Below the pieces are notes generated by a model. That model did not search any database. It was not told the DNA's origin and saw nothing but the letters and a program-made list of their open reading frames with translations. From contig CABZAL010000003.1 in assembly GCA_902523675.1 (NCBI GenBank), positions 8,571 through 72,570 of the forward strand: a stretch of DNA of 64,000 nucleotides, read 5' to 3'. Positions 9,803 to 17,750 of the stretch are shown piece by piece. This DNA is from an uncultured Alphaproteobacteria bacterium (GTDB taxonomy: Bacteria > Pseudomonadota > Alphaproteobacteria > Methylaequorales > Methylaequoraceae). The position numbers and the translations under genes were made by a program. Position 1 is the stretch's first letter. Every line of letters starts with the position of its first letter.

Positions 9803-10824
9803 CTCTTTTCTATGATTTTTGAGCCATCTTTAATCTTATTAGTACCCTCATACACAACTTTGTCTCCTGTATTTAAGCCTTTAACTATTTCAACAAGACC
9901 TTTTTTCCTTTTTCCAATCTTTACTTCTTTTTTATAAGAAGAACTATCCTTTATTAGGTAAACAAACGTTTTCTCATTTTCCTGTATAATTGATCCTTCA
10001 GGAACAGTAAAAACATTTCTTTCATCAAGAGAAATGTTTATCTCTGCCATCATTCCAGGTCTCAAAATTAATTTATCATTTTTATCTATAATTCCGCTAG
10101 CTTTAAAATTTCTAGTCTTTTTATTAATAAAAGGGTCAATAGCATAGATTTTTCCACCATAGGCTACATCATCATCTGAAAGAATGGATAGTTTGAACGT
10201 TTGATTATTTTTAATCTTTTGTGAATAAATTTCTGGAATGTATAAATCAACTTTTATCTTTTGGATATCATACAATGAGGTTATTACGTCACCAGGTTTT
10301 ACGAATGAACCTACGCTAAAGTTTTTAGTGCTAATCATTCCGTCAAATGGAGTTTTAATAATTCTATCGTTAATTTTTGCTATTACTTCTTCATATTGGC
10401 CTTCATATTTTCTTTTTTCTTTTAACCTCTTATCTAACATTGCTTGAGAAGCATTTCCTTCTTCAACTAACTTCATTGCTCTTATGAAGTTAAGTTTTGC
10501 TTCATCTAATTCAGCCTCTACTTGTTTGAGTAGGGCTTTCTCCTCGTTATTTTCTAATTCAACTAAGATTTGATTTTTTTTGACAAAAGAACCTTCTTTA
10601 AATTTAATATACTTTATTTTTTCTGATACTACTGATGTAATATCAACACTTTCATTTGCTTTTAATGTTCCAGTTAGATCAAGTTGATCAGATAGTTTTT
10701 TTTTTTTAACATTTGTAGTCTTTATTTCTATAATTTTTTCATTAGTCTTCGCAGTTTGAAAAAAGCTTAAGAAAAAATAAAAAAATAATGAAACTAAAAA
10801 AATAAACTTATTCATTTTAATCAT
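9799..10824 (-). CDS. RND efflux membrane-fusion (periplasmic adaptor) protein, HlyD/AcrA family
   Basis: 341 aa with a signal/anchor (FIFLVSLFFYFFLSFF). A coiled-coil hairpin (EAELDEAKLNFIRAMKL) is flanked by lipoyl and beta-barrel segments. Translationally coupled to the RND permease. Confidence 0.85.
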   Translation of the reverse strand: MIKMNKFIFLVSLFFYFFLSFFQTAKTNEKIIEIKTTNVKKKKLSDQLDLTGTLKANESVDITSVVSEKIKYIKFKEGSFVKKNQILVELENNEEKALLKQVEAELDEAKLNFIRAMKLVEEGNASQAMLDKRLKEKRKYEGQYEEVIAKINDRIIKTPFDGMISTKNFSVGSFVKPGDVITSLYDIQKIKVDLYIPEIYSQKIKNNQTFKLSILSDDDVAYGGKIYAIDPFINKKTRNFKASGIIDKNDKLILRPGMMAEINISLDERNVFTVPEGSIIQENEKTFVYLIKDSSSYKKEVKIGKRKKGLVEIVKGLNTGDKVVYEGTNKIKDGSKIIEKR

Positions 10825-10825
10825 C

Positions 10826-11476
10826 TTAATATTTTTTTAATTTTAAGATATTATTTTGATAATCATCTGTAATAAAAATTGACGAACCAGCAACTAGTAT
10901 TTCAGCTCCAGCATATATTGATTCTTTGGCAGTAACCTCATTAATACCTCCGTCTACCTCTATTTTTATTTTTTTTTCACCAATCAATGTTTTCACATTT
11001 TTAATTTTTTGAATCTGTGAGTTTATAAATGATTGTCCTCCAAAACCAGGTTCTACTGTCATAACAAGAACAATATCAATGTGATTTAAGTATTTTCTAA
11101 GAACTTTGTAACTAGTTTTAGGCTTAATTGAAATACCAGTTTTAATTTTTTTTTCTTTTAAAAATTTTATACATTCAATCACATTATCATCTATTTCATG
11201 ATGAATTGTGATTATATCGGCACCAGCATTAATATAATCCTGCAAATATTTCTTTACTGGGTTAATCATTAAATGAACATCGAAAGGTTTTTTTGTAAGA
11301 TGTCTTATGGACTTTATTATTGTAGGACCAAATGTTAAATTTGGTACAAAATGACCATCCATTACATCTATATGAATGTAGTCACAATCAGTTTTATCAA
11401 GTTTAGATATTTCCTCTCCTAGCAAAGAAAAATTAGCAGAGAGTATCGAAGGTGCAATTTTAATCGAATTATTCAT
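10826..11476 (-). CDS. rpe: ribulose-phosphate 3-epimerase
   Basis: 216 aa. Motifs DYIHIDVMDGHFVPNLTFGP and VMTVEPGFGGQSF. Confidence 0.92.
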   Translation of the reverse strand: MNNSIKIAPSILSANFSLLGEEISKLDKTDCDYIHIDVMDGHFVPNLTFGPTIIKSIRHLTKKPFDVHLMINPVKKYLQDYINAGADIITIHHEIDDNVIECIKFLKEKKIKTGISIKPKTSYKVLRKYLNHIDIVLVMTVEPGFGGQSFINSQIQKIKNVKTLIGEKKIKIEVDGGINEVTAKESIYAGAEILVAGSSIFITDDYQNNILKLKKY

Positions 11477-11545
11477 ATTAAAAAATATTCTTTATAGTTA
11501 AAACTAATTTGCATTTGTGCAACGAGATTATTAGACATTACAATT

Positions 11546-12556
11546 CTATTCCATCTCTAATAAATATTCACCTTCAGTAGCCATAGAATTAAGTTTTGAT
11601 CTTTTTAAAAGTTCTTTTTGAGCTTCATTAAAATTATTATCATCTCCTTTCCATTTGTATAAAACAGATTGTTGCAATGCCCTCCCATAGGAAAAACTTA
11701 ATTTCCACGACAAGCCTTGAAACTTATTCATCTCATTAAGATGTTCAGTTGCTTTTTGATCACTTTGTCCACCTGATAAAAAGACTACTCCGGGGACTTC
11801 TTCTGGAACATTATTTTTGAGACAATCAATTGTTTTTTTAGCAACTTCATTCACATTAGCTTGCTTTGCGCACTTCAAACCTGATATTACCATGTTTGGC
11901 TTAAGTAAAATGCCTTCCAAGTAAACATTTTGGAATTTTAAATTTTTAAATAAACTATCTAAAGTTGCACTTGTAACTTCATAACATTTTTGAATGTCAT
12001 GATCTCCATCCATCAAGACCTCTGGTTCAACAATTGGAACAATATTATTATGTTGGCATATTTTGGCATATCTGGCTAATGCATGAGAATTTAATTCAAT
12101 GCAATAATTTGATGGATTTGTTTTTGTTATTTCTATTACTGCCCTCCATTTAGCGAATGTTGCACCAAGTTGAGCATATTCTTGCATTCTATCATTTAAA
12201 TTATCCAACCCTTCAGTAATTTTTTCTTCATTAGAACCAATCAAATTTTTTGCTCCTGCATCAACCTTTATGCCAACATGAATGTTGTTATCTTTGAGTA
12301 ATTGACAAAAACTTTTTCCATTTTTGTCTTTTTGTTTTATTGTTTCATCAAACAATATTACCCCACTTATAAAATTACCAAGATCTGGGGTTGAAAATAA
12401 TAGCTCTCTATATTTTCTTCTGTTTTCAAAATTAGATTCAAGATTAATTAAATCGAATCTTTTTTTTATTGTACCAGTACTTTCATCAGCTGCTAATATG
12501 CCCCTAGGTTTATCGGAAAGTTCAGTAGATATTTTTTTTAGTGTTTCATAATACAT
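11546..12556 (-). CDS. fba: fructose-bisphosphate aldolase, class I
   Basis: 336 aa. GILAADESTGTIKKRF, and the Schiff-base lysine context LEGILLKPNMV. Confidence 0.9.
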   Translation of the reverse strand: MYYETLKKISTELSDKPRGILAADESTGTIKKRFDLINLESNFENRRKYRELLFSTPDLGNFISGVILFDETIKQKDKNGKSFCQLLKDNNIHVGIKVDAGAKNLIGSNEEKITEGLDNLNDRMQEYAQLGATFAKWRAVIEITKTNPSNYCIELNSHALARYAKICQHNNIVPIVEPEVLMDGDHDIQKCYEVTSATLDSLFKNLKFQNVYLEGILLKPNMVISGLKCAKQANVNEVAKKTIDCLKNNVPEEVPGVVFLSGGQSDQKATEHLNEMNKFQGLSWKLSFSYGRALQQSVLYKWKGDDNNFNEAQKELLKRSKLNSMATEGEYLLEME

Positions 12557-12570
12557 TTTTATAATTTAAT

Positions 12571-13767
12571 CTAATTATTTAAAATCTCAATCCCTGGTAA
12601 ACTTTTTCCTTCAATATATTCTAAAAAAGCACCGCCGCCAGTTGAAATAAATGAAAAGTTATCAATATTTCCAGAGTTTTTTAATGCCGATATCGTATCA
12701 CCACCTCCGGCAATGGAAAAAAAACGATCAGATTTATGTTTATTAACGATTGAAGAAACATAGTTTGTACCATTATCAAAGGGTTTTCTCTCAAAATATC
12801 CTAATGGTCCATTCCAAAGTAACTTTTCATGTTTTAAAATTTCATTGTAAAATATTTTTCTTGTTTTAGGACCAATGTCAAAAATATATTCATCATCTTT
12901 TATATTTCCATTGTTAACTGCTGAACTACTTTCATCATTTTCCGATTTTGAGATTATGCAATCTATTGGTAGAATAATTTTGTCTTTATTTTCCTTGTAA
13001 ATTAAATTTGTTTTTTCTAGCATACGCGATTCACAAAAGGACTTGCCTATATTAATCCCTTGCGAAGCCAAAAAGGTATTTGCCATAGCTCCACCAATGA
13101 GAATTTTATTAAATTTTTTAGCAAGATTTTCAATAATTTTCATCTTAGTAGATACTTTTGATCCTCCTAAAACAGCAATAGAGTTTTCTTTTTGCATTTC
13201 TCTAACCACTTTATTTAAATTTTGGAGTTCAAATTGGAATAATTTTCCTGGAAATGAAGGTAAGAAAGTAGATATCCCAGTTATAGAAGAATGATTTCTA
13301 TGACTACATGAAAAAGATTCATTTATATATATGTCTGCAAGTGAAGACAAGTTTCTAGAAAAATTTATATCATTTTGCTCTTCTTCTTTGTAAAATCTTA
13401 TATTTTCTAACAGTAAAACATTACCTGAATCTAATTTATTAATTTTTTTTTTTAATTTGTCAGAATTTTTTATGTCCTCATCACAAAATTTGATAATTTT
13501 TCCTAACCTTTTTTCTAGCAAAGGGACTATAGGTTTCAAACTGAGTATTTCATTAAATTTTCCATCAGGTCTGCCAAAATGACTAATTAAAATTATTTTT
13601 CCATTTCTAAGAAGAATTTCTTTGATTGTCGGTATTGCTTTATCTAATCTTGTATAGTCGGAAAACTTACCGTCAATATAAGGTAAATTTAGGTCACATC
13701 GAACAAAACATGTTTTATTATTTACAAATTCTAGTGCGTCTTCAAAAGATTTTTTTAAATTTATCAT
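12571..13767 (-). CDS. pgk: phosphoglycerate kinase
   Basis: 398 aa. Motifs VRCDLNLP, ISHFGRPDGK and FSIAGGGDTISA. The ATG shares 1 nt with the tkt stop (TAATG). Confidence 0.92.
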   Translation of the reverse strand: MINLKKSFEDALEFVNNKTCFVRCDLNLPYIDGKFSDYTRLDKAIPTIKEILLRNGKIILISHFGRPDGKFNEILSLKPIVPLLEKRLGKIIKFCDEDIKNSDKLKKKINKLDSGNVLLLENIRFYKEEEQNDINFSRNLSSLADIYINESFSCSHRNHSSITGISTFLPSFPGKLFQFELQNLNKVVREMQKENSIAVLGGSKVSTKMKIIENLAKKFNKILIGGAMANTFLASQGINIGKSFCESRMLEKTNLIYKENKDKIILPIDCIISKSENDESSSAVNNGNIKDDEYIFDIGPKTRKIFYNEILKHEKLLWNGPLGYFERKPFDNGTNYVSSIVNKHKSDRFFSIAGGGDTISALKNSGNIDNFSFISTGGGAFLEYIEGKSLPGIEILNN

Positions 13768-15734
13768 TAGAAATATTCTTCCACTATTTGTTTCGTAATA
13801 ATATTAGAATTTAATCCAAAATGTTTATATAAATCTTTACCCGTTCCGGATTCTCCAAAAGAATTTACACCAAATATTTTTCCGCTCCCGTTGATATATT
13901 TGTGCCAACCAAAATCGCATGCCGCTTCAATTATAACTGTTAGTCCTTCTCCTAGAACTTTTCTTTTATAGCTTTCATTTTGAGTTTCAAATAGTTCCAT
14001 TGAAGGCATTGATATAACTTTAGAAGAAATTTTTAATTTTTTTAAATTATTAAAAACCTCTATTGCTACGGAAACTTCTGAACCAGTTGAAATAATTTTA
14101 ACTTTAGGCTTTTTAGATTCTTTTATTATGTATGCTCCCATAATGCTTTTATTTATTTTATAATCATTTCTCAACAAAGGCACTGATTGTCTTGATAAAG
14201 CTAAAACTGTCGGTGCATTTTTTTGCTTAAGTGCTATCTCCCAACATTCAAAAGTTTCAATTGCATCACAGGGTCTTAAGACTGTAAGATTAGGAATGGC
14301 TCTTAACCCTGCTAGTTGTTCGATTGGTTGATGTGTCGGACCGTCTTCGCCTAATCCAATAGAATCATGGGTTAGAACATAAATCACCTGTTGTTTCATT
14401 AATGCAGATAACCTAATTGAGTTTTTGCAATAGTCAGAAAAAATTAAGAATGTACCACCATACGGAATAAAAGCTCCGTGTAATGAAATTCCATTCATTG
14501 CCGCTGCCATAAAATGTTCTCTCACCCCATAATATAAATAATTAAGATTTTTACCGCTTGTCTTTGAATTAGAAACTTTTGTCAAATTCGAACTGGTGAG
14601 ATCAGCTGAACCACCTAAAAGTTTGTTTGAATCATTTAATAAAATTTCAAGAGCGTTCTGAGACGATTTTCGTGTTGCTTCTTGTCTTGCACTCATTATT
14701 ATGTTTTCTAAAAAAGAATTTACGTTTTCTTTACGTTGATAAACCGATTTTTTAATTTGTTTTAAAAAATCTTTTCCAAGTTTTGAAGTATTTATTCTAG
14801 ATTTCCATTTTGTATAAATTTTTTTATTTTTATTTCCTATTTTTCTCCATTGTTTTAGAGTTTTTTCAGGCACAAAGAATGATTTATTTTCACACTTTAG
14901 AAAATCTTTTGTACTTATTACTTCTTCTTTACCTAAAGGAGAACCATGACATTCAGATTTCCCAGATTTATTTGGAGAGCCATATCCAATTATTGTTTTA
15001 CAAGCTATAAGGGTTGGATTTTTTGATTTTTGAACAGCTTTAAGCGCAGAATTAATTTGATCATAATTATGACCATCAATTGATACAGCATTCCAATTGC
15101 ATGCTTTGAATCTTTGTAATTGGTTGTCTGAAGTTGTTAATGAGGTTTTACCATCAATTGAAATTCCATTATCATCAAATAAAACAATCAGTTTGTTTAG
15201 GTTCATATGACCTGCAATTGAAATAGCTTCTTGAGATATACCCTCCATAAGACAACCATCTCCAACCACAACCCAGGTTTTATGGTCGACTATTGAAGAA
15301 CCAAACTTTTTATTTAATATTTTTTCAGATATAGCCATACCAACAGCATTAGCCAACCCTTGGCCAAGAGGACCAGTAGTTGTCTCTATACAATTTAATA
15401 AACCATATTCGGGATGTCCTGCTGTTTTGCTCCCCAATTTTCTGAAATCTTTTAATTGTTTCAAATTTGTATCTTTGTAACCTGTTAAATAGGAAAGAGC
15501 ATAAAGTAGCATTGAACCATGTCCTGCAGAAAGAATAAATCTATCTCTATCTGGCCATTTAGGATTATTTACATCAAACTTCAAATAATTCTTAAATAAT
15601 ACAGTAGCAACATCAGCCAAACCTAACGGCAATCCAGGATGACCTGAATTTGCCTTTTGAATCGCGTCTATAGACAAAGTTCTAATTGCATTGGCCATTT
15701 CAGATAATAGATTTTTATTTAAATTCTTCTTCAT
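13767..15734 (-). CDS. tkt: transketolase
   Basis: 655 aa. Motifs ANSGHPGLPLGLAD, VVGDGCLMEGISQEA and THDSIGLGEDGPTHQPIE. An alternative start at MANAIR (15698) would remove the 20-nt overlap with the upstream gene. Confidence 0.92.
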   Translation of the reverse strand: MKKNLNKNLLSEMANAIRTLSIDAIQKANSGHPGLPLGLADVATVLFKNYLKFDVNNPKWPDRDRFILSAGHGSMLLYALSYLTGYKDTNLKQLKDFRKLGSKTAGHPEYGLLNCIETTTGPLGQGLANAVGMAISEKILNKKFGSSIVDHKTWVVVGDGCLMEGISQEAISIAGHMNLNKLIVLFDDNGISIDGKTSLTTSDNQLQRFKACNWNAVSIDGHNYDQINSALKAVQKSKNPTLIACKTIIGYGSPNKSGKSECHGSPLGKEEVISTKDFLKCENKSFFVPEKTLKQWRKIGNKNKKIYTKWKSRINTSKLGKDFLKQIKKSVYQRKENVNSFLENIIMSARQEATRKSSQNALEILLNDSNKLLGGSADLTSSNLTKVSNSKTSGKNLNYLYYGVREHFMAAAMNGISLHGAFIPYGGTFLIFSDYCKNSIRLSALMKQQVIYVLTHDSIGLGEDGPTHQPIEQLAGLRAIPNLTVLRPCDAIETFECWEIALKQKNAPTVLALSRQSVPLLRNDYKINKSIMGAYIIKESKKPKVKIISTGSEVSVAIEVFNNLKKLKISSKVISMPSMELFETQNESYKRKVLGEGLTVIIEAACDFGWHKYINGSGKIFGVNSFGESGTGKDLYKHFGLNSNIITKQIVEEYF

Positions 15735-16755
15735 CTATACTACCTTCGTTATCTAATATAAAATTACCAAAAGATCTTGGTCCTCCACTAACACTTACTT
15801 TTTTTAATAAGTTATAATTTACCAAATCTAATATAACTATTTCATCATCAAACCAACAAGCAATTATTATTATTTCTTTTCTGTTATCAACATTAATACC
15901 TTCAGGATATTCACAAATGTTTTGAAGTGTGTTTTCAACATTAAGAGTCTGAGAATTAATTATTGAAATACTATTATCTCTCTGATTAGAAACAAAAATT
16001 TTTTTGTTATTTTCATCAAATGCAACTTGATAGGGCCATTTTCCTACCTTTATATTTTTTACTAATCTATAGTTATTAGTATTAATTACTGAAACACTAT
16101 TAGATATTACATTTGTAACGAACACTCTTTCGTTTTGTTTGTCAGTGAAAACCCCAAATGGTGACAATTGGACTTTAATTCTTTTTATTTCTTTCAATTT
16201 ATTAGCATCAATAATTGAAATATTATTATCATCTCTATTTGCAACGATGATCTGCTCGTTTTTTAAAACTATATCAATTCCAGCTGGTGAGGCACCAACA
16301 TTAATAGTTTTTATAACTTTCTTTTTTTTATAATCTATAACAGTTACAATATTATCATACCAGTTGCTCACATACACAAGATTTTTGTTTTTTGAAACCT
16401 TAATGCCGACTGGACTGTTACCTGCGTCTAACTCGCTAATCACGTTATTTTTTAAATCAATAAAACTTATTGTATTACTATTCGGGTTAGCAACAAATAT
16501 TTGTCTTGTTTTATTTTTTATATCAATTCCAGCCGGGGACTGACCAAGCTTAAATTCTGCCACCTTAGTTAAACTATCAATATTTATTACATCAAGTTTG
16601 TTACTTTCTTGGTTGGTTATAAAAGCATATGAATTATTTTCATTTACTAATTCTGAAAAATTTGAGTCAGCTTGAATTAAACTGCAAAAAAAAAAAAAGA
16701 AAAAAAAAACACTACTTGAGATTATTTTGTATACCTGATATCGAATTTTTGACAA
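15715..16755 (-). CDS. exported YVTN-repeat beta-propeller protein
   Basis: 346 aa with signal peptide MSKIRYQVYKIISSSVFFFFFFFCSLIQA. Repeats of about 40 residues are read directly: IFVANPNSNTISFIDL, VYVSNWYDNIVTVIDY, IIVANRDDNNISIIDA, VFVTNVISNSVSVINT, IFVSNQRDNSISIINS. Confidence 0.7.
   Translation of the reverse strand: MSKIRYQVYKIISSSVFFFFFFFCSLIQADSNFSELVNENNSYAFITNQESNKLDVINIDSLTKVAEFKLGQSPAGIDIKNKTRQIFVANPNSNTISFIDLKNNVISELDAGNSPVGIKVSKNKNLVYVSNWYDNIVTVIDYKKKKVIKTINVGASPAGIDIVLKNEQIIVANRDDNNISIIDANKLKEIKRIKVQLSPFGVFTDKQNERVFVTNVISNSVSVINTNNYRLVKNIKVGKWPYQVAFDENNKKIFVSNQRDNSISIINSQTLNVENTLQNICEYPEGINVDNRKEIIIIACWFDDEIVILDLVNYNLLKKVSVSGGPRSFGNFILDNEGSIDEEEFK
16686..16709 (-). repeat. 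A13-G-A10 homopolymer tract (T10-C-T13 on the coding strand) encoding the Phe7 run in the YVTN signal peptide
   Basis: Read directly: aaaaaaaaaaaaagaaaaaaaaaa at 16686-16709. It starts 2 nt beyond the stop codon of the upstream SRPBCC gene. Confidence 0.95.
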
Positions 16756-17233
16756 ACTGCTTAACTTTCAACTTTGAATTTTCGTCATTTAAATGCTCGG
16801 GTGGATCATTTCCCATGAAACCTCGATAAAAAGCAGCTCTGTAGGTAAGTATAGCCTTTCCCGGGTTATTTTCATCTTCAGTTACACGAAGCATAGAGGA
16901 ATAGCTATTAACTGGAAGAACGTCTAAGTCAGTTTCTAATATTCTAATGGTGAGTGACATTTTTTGATTATTAAATTTTTCTAATGATTGTTTAACAACT
17001 TTTCCATTATTAAATGTTAAAGTTCTTTGAGAACCTACTTTGTTTCCATTAGCCGAGGATTTTTTAATATCTGGATGCCAATTATATTTGTCGAATTTAC
17101 TTATTAGATTCCAAACAACACTTGGAGAATGGTTTATTTCTACTTTCTCAATGACTTTTTGCCTAGAAGGTCCGTGTGCAAATAAACCTGTAGACAAAAG
17201 TAAAAAAAATAAAAAATTTGTAAATTTATTCAT
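16712..17233 (-). CDS. exported SRPBCC-fold (polyketide cyclase/MxaD-like) ligand-binding protein
   Basis: 173 aa with signal peptide MNKFTNFLFFLLLSTGLFA. The mature N-terminus HGPSRQKV, LPVNSYSS and AAFYRGFMGNDPPEHLNDE resemble the periplasmic MxaD-type SRPBCC family as I recall it. Confidence 0.6.
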   Translation of the reverse strand: MNKFTNFLFFLLLSTGLFAHGPSRQKVIEKVEINHSPSVVWNLISKFDKYNWHPDIKKSSANGNKVGSQRTLTFNNGKVVKQSLEKFNNQKMSLTIRILETDLDVLPVNSYSSMLRVTEDENNPGKAILTYRAAFYRGFMGNDPPEHLNDENSKLKVKQFVKNSISGIQNNLK

Positions 17234-17238
17234 GTTCT

Positions 17239-17496
17239 TTATTTTTGTGAAGTACTTTTGTTAATGTTAACAACATTTTCGTCTCTCGTAACTTTTGAAA
17301 AGTTAAGTTGAGCTTTATTTAATGAATTAATTGAATCTTGAATTAAGTTCATAGATTCTACAATATCAACTTTTTTTGTGTTCTTATAGTTTTCCATTAA
17401 GTTCCAATTAAATTTAATTAATTTATTTTGAATATCAAATAAAAACTTAATATATTCTAGTTGATTTTTTTTTTCGTTATTTTTAATTTTAAACAT
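17239..17496 (-). CDS. hypothetical small protein (85 aa, Lys/Asn-rich, predicted helical)
   Basis: Only an ORF in operon position, 5 nt upstream of the SRPBCC gene. No motif recognised. Confidence 0.4.
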   Translation of the reverse strand: MFKIKNNEKKNQLEYIKFLFDIQNKLIKFNWNLMENYKNTKKVDIVESMNLIQDSINSLNKAQLNFSKVTRDENVVNINKSTSQK

Positions 17497-17505
17497 TTTT
17501 TCCTC

Positions 17506-17712
17506 TTACTTATTTTCTTTAACAACTCTAAATCTATTTTCGTCTTCCAAAACAGACAAAGCTATAACATATTCCGAATTTTCATCGTTTATATTTACAA
17601 TAGAAGCATGAACTTTACCATTAATATTTTTCAAATTCACTATTTTAAATTTTTCACCAGAAAATTGACTTTCGGTAATTTTTTCAAGAATATCATTTAC
17701 TACTAGGCTCAT
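17506..17712 (-). CDS. hypothetical small acidic protein (68 aa)
   Basis: First ORF of the minus-strand run, 9 nt upstream of the 85-aa ORF. No motif recognised. Confidence 0.4.
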   Translation of the reverse strand: MSLVVNDILEKITESQFSGEKFKIVNLKNINGKVHASIVNINDENSEYVIALSVLEDENRFRVVKENK

Positions 17713-17750
17713 GGTGCTACATTTCTATTTGTAAATTTATATATAGTCTA

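Noticed and set aside
11495-11511. Short palindrome TTGCA-N4-TGCAA in the rpe/fba spacer. I considered a regulator site or terminator.
   Set aside because: The arms are only 5 bp in an AT-rich spacer, with no U-tract and no second copy elsewhere in the window.
13765-13769. Absence of a gap (GAPDH) gene between tkt and pgk. They share a TAATG junction, whereas many alphaproteobacteria have tkt-gap-pgk-fba.
   Set aside because: This is just a synteny difference. Whether gap exists elsewhere cannot be judged from this window, so no biological claim is justified.
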